From assembly GCA_965216875.1 (NCBI GenBank), contig OZ244207.1, forward strand, positions 5,184,001 to 5,248,000: 64,000 nucleotides of DNA. The letters are read 5' to 3'. The position numbers and the translations under genes are program-made. This DNA is from Rubripirellula sp. (GTDB lineage Bacteria; Planctomycetota; Planctomycetia; Pirellulales; Pirellulaceae). This document shows positions 1 to 9,316 of this stretch, piece after piece; positions within the stretch are counted from its first letter, which is position 1, and every line of letters begins with the position of its first letter. The notes below the pieces were generated by a model, which was not told where the DNA came from, made no database searches, and saw only the letters and a list, made by a program, of their open reading frames with translations.

Positions 1-1079
1 GCGTCCTCGCTGACTTGCCGTAGACCGTCGCGTCCATAGGTGCGGATGTAAATGTAGGCTCGCACCAGGATGCCAACATTGCCAAAGAAGCTTCGCACAC
101 GTCCGATCGACTGAGGCGACGGGCTGACCAACTTGTACTCATCACCCTCCTGCTTGACGATCGGCGACGGCAAGTACTTCCCTAGAAACTCGCGAACGCA
201 GATTGGACCGGCTCCGGGTCCACCACCACCATGAGGACCTGAGAACGTTTTGTGGGGGTTGAAGTGCATCAGGTCGGCGCCAAAGTCGCCCGGCCGAGTG
301 ACTCCGAGAATCGCATTCATGTTGGCACCATCGAGGTAGATGAGCGCACCAGCATCATGAACCAGTGCCGCAATCTCCTCAATCTGCGAATCAAACAACC
401 CAAGCGTGTTCGGGTTGGTCAGCATGAACACCGCGGTGTTGTCATCAAGCTTCGCAGCCAAGTCTTCCATATCGACCAAGCCATCAGCATTGCTCTTGAC
501 CGCCTTGGTCGAAAAACCAGCCATTTGCGCGCTGGCTGGATTCGTCCCGTGTGCGGAATCAGCGGTCAAGACGACCGTGCGATTCTCACCTCGTTCTTCA
601 AAGTAGGCGGCCGCGACAAACAACGCCGTCAACTCACCATGAGCACCGGCGGCTGGCTGCAACGACACTGCTGGCAACCCGCTGATTTCGCCGAGCATTT
701 CTTGCAGTTCATACATCATCTGCAACATGCCCTGGATCGACTCTTGCCGTTGAAGCGGATGGATGTCGACCATTCCCGGCATACTCGCCATGCGTTCGTT
801 CCGCTTTGGGTTGTACTTCATCGTGCACGAACCGAGCGGGTAGAAGTGAGTGTCAACACTCATGTTCTGTGTGGACAGGTTGACGTAATGGCGAACCACA
901 TCTCCTTCGGCAAGCTCCGGAAGCGGTGGCGGCTCGTCAGCCAAGTAGTCGGCAGGGATGTCGCAATCGATTGCTGCTTGACCACCAACGGTGGGCAAGT
1001 CAACCGCCGGCAAGCGATGAGCGCGCCGTCCGGGGCGACTCAATTCAAACAACAGTTGTGTGGCTTGTTGGTTTCTCAT
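1..1079 (-). CDS. gcvPB: Glycine dehydrogenase (decarboxylating) subunit 2, 3' end outside the window
   Basis: Not in the ORF track. Manual translation from ATG at 1079 gives MRNQQATQLLFELSRPGRRAHRLP..., and near 200-290 GDFGADLMHFNPHKTFSGPHGGGGPGAGPI (PLP-lysine HKTF motif). Lies downstream of gcvPA. Confidence 0.95.
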   Translation of the reverse strand, partial: MRNQQATQLLFELSRPGRRAHRLPAVDLPTVGGQAAIDCDIPADYLADEPPPLPELAEGDVVRHYVNLSTQNMSVDTHFYPLGSCTMKYNPKRNERMASMPGMVDIHPLQRQESIQGMLQMMYELQEMLGEISGLPAVSLQPAAGAHGELTALFVAAAYFEERGENRTVVLTADSAHGTNPASAQMAGFSTKAVKSNADGLVDMEDLAAKLDDNTAVFMLTNPNTLGLFDSQIEEIAALVHDAGALIYLDGANMNAILGVTRPGDFGADLMHFNPHKTFSGPHGGGGPGAGPICVREFLGKYLPSPIVKQEGDEYKLVSPSPQSIGRVRSFFGNVGILVRAYIYIRTYGRDGLRQVSED

Positions 1080-1141
1080 TCGATCAAACTCGTAAGGGCT
1101 GTGGCGTGGCCGGGTGACTCAGCAAGGTATGACGAAAATAA

Positions 1142-2506
1142 CTAGACGGTGATGGTTGACGGCGAGTGCTCAAGCACAGAAATCAGCGTGTCGATGTCAG
1201 CTTGAGTTCGCTTTTCGGTCACCGCAACGACGAAACAATCACCGAGCTCCGAATCCATCCCGGCTAGCGGCACACCAGCAAGCACACCTTGGCTTTCAGC
1301 ATGTCGCAAAAGTCCCTCGACATCGCCGGCCATGTCGCGAACAACAAACTCTTTGAAGACCGGTCCCTCGTGCACCAGTTCAAAGCGATCAACCTGAGCA
1401 AAACGGCCGCGAGCGTATTGAGTCTTCGCTAGGCAATGCTCAGCAGTTTCCTTTAACCCCTGTGGCCCAAGCAGGCTCAAGTAGACCGTCGCCCGCAGCG
1501 CCAAGAGCGTTTGGTTGCTGCAGATATTGCTCGTCGCTTTTTCTCGGCGAATGTGTTGCTCACGCGTTTGCAGCGTCAAAACCCAACAGCGTTTGCCACG
1601 ACGGTCAACGGTTTGGCCCGCAATCCGCCCCGGCAATCGTCGCACGAGATCTTTGCTACATGCCATCACACCGAGGTAGGGCCCGCCGAAGGCAAGTGGG
1701 TTGCCAAGACATTGCCCCTCGGCGATCGCGATATCGACACCAAGATCACCGGGGCGTTTGATCAGTCCCAAACTGATCGGATCAAACGATTGAATCACCA
1801 GCGCGCCGACCGAATGCGCCTTTTCGACGATCGCCTTCACATCTTCAAGTCGACCGTAGAAGTTGGGATGTTGGATCAACACACAAGCTGTATCGTCGTC
1901 GATCGCATCAAGCACACTTTCGCTTGTGCCCGCTTCCGATGCCGGCGTGACGACCAATTCCGCGTCGATATTTTTTAAGTAGGCTTCGACGATTTCGCGG
2001 TATTCAGGATGAACCGCATTGCTGGTCACCACCCGGTTCTTTTTCTTGCTCGCCGCCAGCGCCATCAAGACCGCTTCGGTCGCCGCCGAACCACCGTCGT
2101 AAAGGCTGGCGTTACTGACATCCAATCCGGTCAACTGCGTGATCAACGTTTCGTACTCGAACATTGCCTGCAAGTTGCCTTGGCTCACTTCGGCCTGGTA
2201 GGGCGTGTACGAGGTGTAGTACTCACCTCGCGATGCAATCTCATCAACGACCGCCGGAATGAAGTGGTCGTAGGCACCACATCCCATGAAACAAAGATGA
2301 CTCGACGCCGACGCGTTCTTGCCAGCAAGTTGTCGCACGAATCGCTCGAGTGACAACTCATCCAATGCTTCGGGAAGGTCAAGTGGTCGGTCCATTTGGA
2401 CGGACTTGGGGACTTGGTCATCGATGATCTGTTGAACGGAGTCAACGCCGATCGACGCCAACATTTCTCGGCGATCTTCTTCGGTGTGGTACAGGTATCC
2501 GGCCAA
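1142..2506 (-). CDS. gcvPA: Glycine dehydrogenase (decarboxylating) subunit 1
   Basis: YTSYTPYQAEVSQG, NASLYDG, LTLQTREQHIRREKATSNICSNQ; operon context. Confidence 0.97.
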   Translation of the reverse strand: MAGYLYHTEEDRREMLASIGVDSVQQIIDDQVPKSVQMDRPLDLPEALDELSLERFVRQLAGKNASASSHLCFMGCGAYDHFIPAVVDEIASRGEYYTSYTPYQAEVSQGNLQAMFEYETLITQLTGLDVSNASLYDGGSAATEAVLMALAASKKKNRVVTSNAVHPEYREIVEAYLKNIDAELVVTPASEAGTSESVLDAIDDDTACVLIQHPNFYGRLEDVKAIVEKAHSVGALVIQSFDPISLGLIKRPGDLGVDIAIAEGQCLGNPLAFGGPYLGVMACSKDLVRRLPGRIAGQTVDRRGKRCWVLTLQTREQHIRREKATSNICSNQTLLALRATVYLSLLGPQGLKETAEHCLAKTQYARGRFAQVDRFELVHEGPVFKEFVVRDMAGDVEGLLRHAESQGVLAGVPLAGMDSELGDCFVVAVTEKRTQADIDTLISVLEHSPSTITV

Positions 2507-2568
2507 TTCAGTCTGCTCGTTTGTAATGGAGTGGTGGTGGTTTCTGAAATTACCGATGCCGCAAACGC

Positions 2569-2970
2569 TTACCCTGCTTCAGCACATTGTTTTTCGTAAG
2601 CGGCGTGATCCAGCAGCGACGCGAGTGCTGATTCGTCAGTCAATTTGACTTTGATGATCCATCCGTAGTCATAGGGATCGTCATTCAATTGATCCAAGTT
2701 ATCGGGTAGCTCCTCATGGACTTCGACAACCGTGCCGGTGACCGGGCTGTAAAGCGGGCTGACCGCCTTGACCGATTCCACCTCGCCAAACTCCTCGCCA
2801 GCGGTCACTTCTTTGCCTGCTTCGGGCAAGTCCATGAAGACGAGGTCATTCAATTGCTCGATCGCAAACGCTGAAATTCCAACCGTGGCGATCTTGTCGC
2901 CACCAACTTCGGCGACCTCGACCCACTCGTGAGTTTCGGCATAGACCAATGCTGCGGGATCACGTGACAT
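2569..2970 (-). CDS. gcvH: Glycine cleavage system H protein
   Basis: ETHEW, lipoyl-Lys motif GEVESVKAVS, DPYDYGWI. ATG at 2970 preferred over the track start at 2976. Confidence 0.97.
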   Translation of the reverse strand: MSRDPAALVYAETHEWVEVAEVGGDKIATVGISAFAIEQLNDLVFMDLPEAGKEVTAGEEFGEVESVKAVSPLYSPVTGTVVEVHEELPDNLDQLNDDPYDYGWIIKVKLTDESALASLLDHAAYEKQCAEAG

Positions 2971-2984
2971 CTTCAAAGAATCCT

Positions 2985-4106
2985 TTACGACTTGGGCCGC
3001 TTATAGAACGGGATGGATGTGGGACTAGCTGCGGCCAATTTGCCGCGAATATCAATTTGGAAGGAAGGGTCGCCAGCATGCTTGGCGTCGACCAGCGCCA
3101 TCGCAATTGGATGCCCTAGGGTCGGCGAAGGACCGCCGCTGGTGACGACGCCAATCTCTCTTCCGTCGGCATCGAGCACGGGACATCCTTCGCGAGCTGG
3201 TCGTTTGCCTTCGGGGATCAATCCGATACGCGAGCGTGCGGGGCCCGTTTTTGCGATCTCTCGCAAGGCAACATCGCCAATGAAGGAACGATCTTCGAGG
3301 TTGCATGCGAAATTGAGACCGGCGGTGATCGGATCAATGGCCTCACTCAACTCGTGCCCATATAGCGGCATCCCCGCTTCCATCCGCAATGTGTCCCGAG
3401 CGCCGAGCCCGGCGGCATCAAAGCCTTCGTCGCGACCGGCAAGCAACACGTTCTCCCAAACACGTTTGGCCTCTTCGGCCCTGACAACCATTTCGAAACC
3501 ATCTTCGCCCGTGTAGCCCGTTCGGCTCACGATGACCGGTTTGGAAAACTGGTCTGTGATCGTCGCACGATAATATTTCAGTTTACTGGGGTCACACCGG
3601 AACAGACGTTTGCAGACGTCCATCGCCTTGGGACCTTGCACGGCAATCATCGCCGTCAGTTCCGTGCGGTCCGAGACCGTCACCGTTGGGAAATCGGCCA
3701 GATGCGGCGTGATCCACTTGAGGATCTTTTCACGATTGGACGCGTTGACAACCAACAAGTGAAAGCGGCCGCCCGAAGGTGTCTCGAGATTCGACACCAA
3801 GACATCGTCCAGCACGCCGCCTTCGGCGTTGCACATCAGTCCGTAGCGGACCCGGCCGATTGGCATGTCGACAACACGTCGAGTCAAGAGATGGTCGAGC
3901 AGTTGCTCGCTGCCAGCACCTTCGAACTTGAGACGCCCCATGTGTGAAACGTCAAACAGGGCTGCAGTAGACCGACATCTGTTGTGCTCATCGACAATCG
4001 ACGAGTACTGAATCGGCATTTCATAGCCCGCAAAGGGAACCATCTTCGCACCGGCAGAGCGGTGCCAATCGTCCAGCGGAGTTGTGGCTAGCTGCGTACT
4101 CGTCAT
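2985..4106 (-). CDS. gcvT: Aminomethyltransferase (glycine cleavage T protein)
   Basis: MVPFAGYEMPIQY, LFDVSHMG, SRTGYTGEDGFE, GLGARDTLRMEAG. ATG at 4106. Confidence 0.97.
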   Translation of the reverse strand: MTSTQLATTPLDDWHRSAGAKMVPFAGYEMPIQYSSIVDEHNRCRSTAALFDVSHMGRLKFEGAGSEQLLDHLLTRRVVDMPIGRVRYGLMCNAEGGVLDDVLVSNLETPSGGRFHLLVVNASNREKILKWITPHLADFPTVTVSDRTELTAMIAVQGPKAMDVCKRLFRCDPSKLKYYRATITDQFSKPVIVSRTGYTGEDGFEMVVRAEEAKRVWENVLLAGRDEGFDAAGLGARDTLRMEAGMPLYGHELSEAIDPITAGLNFACNLEDRSFIGDVALREIAKTGPARSRIGLIPEGKRPAREGCPVLDADGREIGVVTSGGPSPTLGHPIAMALVDAKHAGDPSFQIDIRGKLAAASPTSIPFYKRPKS

Positions 4107-4350
4107 GAGACCACTCGGGGATAGCGAGTGCCTACACAAGTCCAGCGCCGCCGAACGCATCTGCTACGCGAGATGGTCAGCGTCGTGGTGGTCGGCCGTG
4201 ATGTCAACGATCAGTGTGCACGCCGAGATCCATGTCTCGAGCGCGACGTCCCAAGTCTAGCCAACAAGGGTCCGCATCGAAAACCCCTCGCCGAGCCGGA
4301 AAGTCAAAGAGGTTCTGAAACGGCGGAATTCTCGACCTAATCGGAAATCA

Positions 4351-4817
4351 CGTGAGCCGTGCGTGCTCGCGTCGGGCCGACCAACCCCGATCGTCAATCA
4401 CGGATAACCCGTTACCGAGTTGATAGGCTAGCGCAACACCTCAACATCGTCCTGCAAAACACGTAGTGGACGAGGCAACGAGTCCCTCCCTCTCACGCTC
4501 TTTGATCGAAAAGACGGTTGGAGCGTTTGTTGAGCAGTCTCGGGTGGGTGAGTTAGCCACGAAAAACACGAGAAGGCACAAAAAGAAGAACAGCGGCGAA
4601 GGTGTCGAGTGCCCGAAGTGGCTCGCGGGATGGATTTCATCTCTCAGTAACGAATTCTCAGGCGTGCCTTTTTGTGGCCTTTCTCTTTGCCAAGCGGTCG
4701 CCAGGAGGTTGTCGCGCGGAGGGACTCGTGGCCTCGTCCACTACTTGGTTTGCGCTGTTGTAGGTGCTGGCAATGCTAACCCGTGAGGCCTCGGGCCCTC
4801 GCCAACGCGCAGCTAGG
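4351..4817. repeat. Cluster of nested REP-like palindromic elements between gcvT and rnr
   Basis: 27-bp inverted pair 4463-4489 (GTAGTGGACGAGGCAACGAGTCCCTCC) and 4718-4744, 1 mismatch. Inner imperfect pair at ~4556 (GCCACGAAAAACACG) and 4663-4678. CGTGAGCCG...GCGTCGGGCC unit at 4351-4378. 4781-4817 is related to 33150-33185. Confidence 0.85.
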
Positions 4818-4858
4818 ATGAAGGTCACTCGCGTCTTGCCGCTCACTACGGCAAAGGC

Positions 4859-7123
4859 TTACCGCCTCCGTCGTTTCTTTTTGTCCCGGCGGTCCTTTTG
4901 ACGCTTCGCCTTATAGATCGACTTCGGCTGCTTCGATTTCTTCTTTCCGCCACCGGCAGCTTTCTCGATTCGCGCCGTGTGATTTCGGATCACTTCGAGA
5001 TACAGTTGACGATCTTGCAAATCGACTTTCGAAACGCGAACGGTCAACATATCGCCAAGTCGAAAACGATTACCGTCCTTAAAGCCCGACAACACCTGCC
5101 CGCGGCGTTCGAACCGGTACTTGTCACTCGGCAAGGTTGTCACCGGAATGAAACCGTCAACGGGAAGCTTAACGCACCGAGCATGGATGCCATCGGCGAA
5201 CACGCGACTGATCACCGCCTCCATCGTTTCGCCAACATGCTTCTTCAAGAAGTGCAGCAACTTCAATTCGATCAAATCACGCTCGGCCTGAGCCGCATTG
5301 CGTTCCATGTCACTGCAGTGGTGCCCAAGCTTCAGCAGTGACGGATAAGGATCGTCAGGCGTCTTTTTGGCATCGATGATGTTTTGAATCAAACGATGGA
5401 CCGTCAGGTCGGGGTAGCGCCGGATCGGACTGGTGAAGTGGCAATAATGTTCCATGTCGAGGGCGTAGTGCCCTTCGCGCTGTGGCGAATAGATCGCCTT
5501 GTTCATGCTCTTGAGCACCGCGTAATTCACCGCATGCTCAAGCGGCGTTCCTACGACCTTGTCGAGAACGCCCTGGATTTCAAAGCGACTCTCGACTTGC
5601 CCGACATCGATCCCCAAGTCTTTGACAAACGTGCCAAGCTGTCGAAGCTTGCGACGATCCGGTGGTGGATGAACACGATGCAGGAAACCAAGTTCTAAAT
5701 CATCTAGCCATGTCGCGACCGCTTGATTTGCGGCCAACATGAACTCTTCGATGATCTGGTGACTTTCCGTGTGTTCAACTAAATGCGCCGCTTTGACTTT
5801 GCCACTCTTGTCAAAGTCCAGTTTGATATCGGGCAAATCCATCGACAGCGAACCGCCTTTGAATCGCTTCTTGCGAATCTTCATTGCCAGCTCGTGCATA
5901 CGCGTGAGTAGATCGCACGCTTGGTCACCCCACTTTTCTCGCAACAGTTCAGGCGAACTGAGAAACTGGTCAACTTGTTCGTAATTGAACCGCTTGTCAC
6001 TGCGGATTGCGGCGTTGTAGACCTCGACGTTCGTAATCGTCAGGTCATCAAGCATTTCGATTTCGCACGTTTTGACGAGTCGAACCTTTTCCGGCTGCAA
6101 ACTCGCCAAGTGATTGCTGATGATTTCGGGAATCATCGGGATGACGCGGTCAGGCAAATAGACGCTGGTTGCTCGGCGACGAGCCTCCTCGTCGAGCGGA
6201 CTCCCCGGTGTCACGAAATGGCTGACATCCGCGATGTGCACCCACAATCGCCACCGGCCTTCTTCGCGCTCGAGCGAAATTGCATCGTCAAAGTCGCGCG
6301 CGTCAAAGGGGTCGATCGTAATCGTCAAAAGGTCGGTCAAGTCGCGACGACCTTCGGGTACAGCCCCATCTTCAAACGCATCAGCTTGCTTGCGAGCGTC
6401 GTTCAAGACGTCATCTTTAAACGCGTCCGGCAACGCATACTGACGCATGATGGTCAGCGTATCGATGGCCGGGTTCTTACTGCTGCCCAGTCGCTCAAGG
6501 ATGACCGCTTCGCCGCCTTCCCCATCGTCGTCTGGATAGTCGACGACTTCGACAAACACCTTGTCGTCGTTTTCCAGGGGCAAACCGCGAATGTCACCAA
6601 CCGAAAGGGGCTGGTCGTAGGGTGTTCCATCCAGGAAGACGACCGGCGATCCGTTCATGGTGCGAAACGTGCCAGTGAACTGCCGCCGAGCACGTTCGAC
6701 AATCTCGGAAATGTAGCCTTCGTTTCCACCTTTGCGACTTGGCCGCACGCGGACTTCTACCAGGTCACCCTCAAGAGCGCCGCCGGTTGCCCCGGGCGGG
6801 ATGAACACGTCCTCCTTGACATCGGTATCGTCGGTGCCACTGTTGGGGCGAACAAAACCAAAACCGCCGCCCATCGCGCGGCGAAACGTGCCGCGTAGCA
6901 CGTCGCTGGGACCACCGATCGCGCCAGTGCTGATCACAAGGTGATTGCTTCCATAGAGCAACCGCCCCTCTTTGACCAATTGTTTGATCACGCGACGAAC
7001 TTCGCGATACTCGTCCGGATTAACCTTCAACTGAGCAGCGATCTGCTTCGGTTTGCAGGGACGGTAGTCGGGTGAGACGACCAATCGCATCACGCGATCG
7101 GCCAGTTGTTGTGAAATTTCCAT
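4859..7123 (-). CDS. rnr: Ribonuclease R (RNase II/R family)
   Basis: TIDPFDARDFDDAIS catalytic motif, HFTSPIRRYPDL, C-terminal S1 domain and Lys/Arg-rich tail. Confidence 0.95.
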   Translation of the reverse strand: MEISQQLADRVMRLVVSPDYRPCKPKQIAAQLKVNPDEYREVRRVIKQLVKEGRLLYGSNHLVISTGAIGGPSDVLRGTFRRAMGGGFGFVRPNSGTDDTDVKEDVFIPPGATGGALEGDLVEVRVRPSRKGGNEGYISEIVERARRQFTGTFRTMNGSPVVFLDGTPYDQPLSVGDIRGLPLENDDKVFVEVVDYPDDDGEGGEAVILERLGSSKNPAIDTLTIMRQYALPDAFKDDVLNDARKQADAFEDGAVPEGRRDLTDLLTITIDPFDARDFDDAISLEREEGRWRLWVHIADVSHFVTPGSPLDEEARRRATSVYLPDRVIPMIPEIISNHLASLQPEKVRLVKTCEIEMLDDLTITNVEVYNAAIRSDKRFNYEQVDQFLSSPELLREKWGDQACDLLTRMHELAMKIRKKRFKGGSLSMDLPDIKLDFDKSGKVKAAHLVEHTESHQIIEEFMLAANQAVATWLDDLELGFLHRVHPPPDRRKLRQLGTFVKDLGIDVGQVESRFEIQGVLDKVVGTPLEHAVNYAVLKSMNKAIYSPQREGHYALDMEHYCHFTSPIRRYPDLTVHRLIQNIIDAKKTPDDPYPSLLKLGHHCSDMERNAAQAERDLIELKLLHFLKKHVGETMEAVISRVFADGIHARCVKLPVDGFIPVTTLPSDKYRFERRGQVLSGFKDGNRFRLGDMLTVRVSKVDLQDRQLYLEVIRNHTARIEKAAGGGKKKSKQPKSIYKAKRQKDRRDKKKRRRR

Positions 7124-7360
7124 AGTTCAAGAAGATATCCGATTGGAATCGTTTTGGGACATGGCAAGAAAGCCAGCAAATTTGGTCCCAACGATTCAAA
7201 AAGTGACTCGCAGATCCGCGAAGTCGCTGCTATCCGATCGAGGATAGTCGAGAGAGAGCCGATCGGAACACGGCTCGAATGGATAAAATTGGCATCATCG
7301 ATGAGAATGAGATGCCATCGTTGCGAGTAGGACCCGGCAACCGCCAAACAGGTTCGCATC

Positions 7361-8463
7361 GATCCTTGGTCGCTAAAACCAGCTTGAGGTTTTTTCGTCC
7401 CAAGAAACGCTATCGGTTCTACGTTCGGCTCTTTGCGTCCTCGCGTCTCTGCGTTCTCGCTCTCCGTCATGGTCGTATGATGTCGGGCACGCTATCTCTG
7501 GAGCCGTCGACGTCTACCTGAAGCAAACACGATCAATAATTGGGCCTACTTTGTCAACGCAAAGGCGCGAAGTCGCAAGGACGCAAGCGGGATTCGATCG
7601 GAGACCCAAGAAACGCTTGCGGTTCTGCGGTCGTCTCTTTGCGGCATTGCGCCCTCGCGTCTCTGCGTTCTCGCTCTCCGTCATGGTCGTATGATGTCGG
7701 GCACGCTATCTCTGGAGCCGTCGACGTCTACCTGAAGCAAACACGATCAATAATTGGGCCTACTTTGTCAACACAAAGGCGCGAAGTCGCAAGGACGCAA
7801 GCGGGATTCGATCGGAGACCCAAGAAGCGCTTTCGGTTCTGCGGTCGTCTCTTTGCGGCATTGCGCCCTCGCGCCTCTGCGTTCTCGCTCTCCGCCATGG
7901 TCGTATAATGTCAGGCACCCTATGTCTGGAGCTGCAGCCGCAAACGCGATCAATAATTGGGCCGACTTTGTCAACGCAAAGGCGCGAAGTCGCAAGGACG
8001 CAAGGGGATTCGATTTATGGAGACCTCTTTGCCCAACTACGCGTCCTTGGTCGCTAAACCAAGCTTAAGGTTCTTTCGTCCCAAGAAACGCTTTCGGTTC
8101 TGCGTTCGCCTCTTTGCGGCATTGCGCCCTCGCGCCTCTGCGTTCTCGCTCTCCGCCATGGTCGTATAATGTCAGGCACCCTATGTCTGGAGCTGCAGCC
8201 GCAAACGCGATCAATAATTGGGCCGACTTTGTCAACGCAAAGGCGCGAAGTCGCAAGGACGCAAGGGGATTCGATTTATGGAGACCTCTTTGCCCAACTA
8301 CGCGTCCTTGGTCGCTAAACCAAGCTTAAGGTTCTTTCGTCCCAAGAAACGCTTTCGGTTCTGCGTTCGCCTCTTTGCGGCATTGCGCCCTCGCGCCTCT
8401 GCGTCTCGCTCTCCGTCATGGTCATATAATGTTGGGCACCCGATGTCTGGAGCCGTCGACGTC
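7361..8463. repeat. Tandem array of ~5 units of 214-261 bp, built around a long inverted repeat (BIME/REPIN-like)
   Basis: GTTCTCGCTCTCCG-type anchor at 7453, 7667, 7881, 8142 and 8403 (spacings 214, 214, 261, 261). AACGCAAAGGCGCGAAGTCGCAAGGACGCAA pairs imperfectly with TTGCGGCATTGCGCCCTCGCGCCTCTGCGTT. Confidence 0.95.
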
Positions 8464-8541
8464 CAAAAGAACAAACTCAAAGGAAGTACGTTCGTGGACA
8501 TTCCATCCTCGTAGCTGGATAAGTAATCAGGCGAAGTATGC

Positions 8542-9258
8542 ATGCAAAGTTTGAACCACTTCGGCTACGGCTTGATCGAAAACGTACTCGATCCATCGGA
8601 GTGTGACGATGTTCGTGAGCAGATTGATTCTGTCTTTGCCTCCGGCGACGATGCGACGATCGAATCGGCCGGGCATGTCGTCGGCTCACGTAACCTGATT
8701 GACCTCTGGCATGGTTGGCAACGTATCGTCGAAAAGTCTGCAGTCGCCGACTTGATTCGCACCGCTGTCGGTGAAAACGCGGGGCTGGTGCGAATTTTGT
8801 TCTTCAACAAGCCGCCCGGACAGGGTTGGTCGCTTTCGATGCACCGTGACCAATCGATCGCGGTCAAAACGCACGTCGAACCAGCAGCACCGTTCTCAAA
8901 ACCCACACTCAAAGGCGGCGTGCCTCATGTCGTCGCCAACGATGAACTCTTGAGCCGAATGCTAACTCTGCGTTTGCACTTGGACGCGATGCACGATGGA
9001 AACGGGCCGCTGGTTGTGATCCCCAAGTCGCACGCGACGCGCGACAACGACGTCGCCGAGTCAACGATGAACGTCATTCATTGCAACGCTGGCGATTTGT
9101 TCGTAATGCGTCCGCTCTTGATGCATGCCAGCCGCGATCGCGAACCGGGCAACACAAACCATCGCCGCGTCATCCATCTCGAAATCGCCCCCGATCCCAA
9201 CCTGCCAGGCGAATACACCTGGCATCGCTTCCTACCGATCAAGCCGCTTTCTTCGTAA
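8542..9258 (+). CDS. Phytanoyl-CoA dioxygenase (PhyH) family Fe(II)/2-oxoglutarate oxygenase
   Basis: HxD (MHRDQ), LRLHLD...NGPLVVIPKSH, distal His in PLLMHAS, RRVIHLE. Confidence 0.85.
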   Translation: MQSLNHFGYGLIENVLDPSECDDVREQIDSVFASGDDATIESAGHVVGSRNLIDLWHGWQRIVEKSAVADLIRTAVGENAGLVRILFFNKPPGQGWSLSMHRDQSIAVKTHVEPAAPFSKPTLKGGVPHVVANDELLSRMLTLRLHLDAMHDGNGPLVVIPKSHATRDNDVAESTMNVIHCNAGDLFVMRPLLMHASRDREPGNTNHRRVIHLEIAPDPNLPGEYTWHRFLPIKPLSS

Positions 9259-9295
9259 TGGACGAGGCCACTACGAAATCAGGGACTCGTCCACC
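9255..9295. repeat. Degenerate copy of the GTAGTGGACGAGGCCAC REP family, overlapping the phyH-like stop codon
   Basis: GTAATGGACGAGGCCAC at 9255-9271, then AGGGACTCGTCCAC, between convergent genes. Confidence 0.65.
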
Positions 9296-9316
9296 GTTTT
9301 TAGTTCGGAGACACAG

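Noticed and set aside
252..1145. 297 aa plus-strand ORF
   Set aside because: Antisense shadow of gcvPB, whose motifs are clear on the minus strand. The same applies to other long antisense ORFs (e.g. 5921-6898, 24733-25695, 26050-27111, 38664-39641).
4107..4450. Glycine riboswitch upstream of gcvT
   Set aside because: I could not find the GGAGA...CCGAAG...CTCTCAGG core on the minus strand. An Rfam scan would be decisive.
7361..8463. CRISPR array, or the short repeated ORFs (MGLLCQRKGAK...)
   Set aside because: Units are over 200 bp with no unique spacers and no cas genes. The ORFs are by-products of the repeat and change frame between units.
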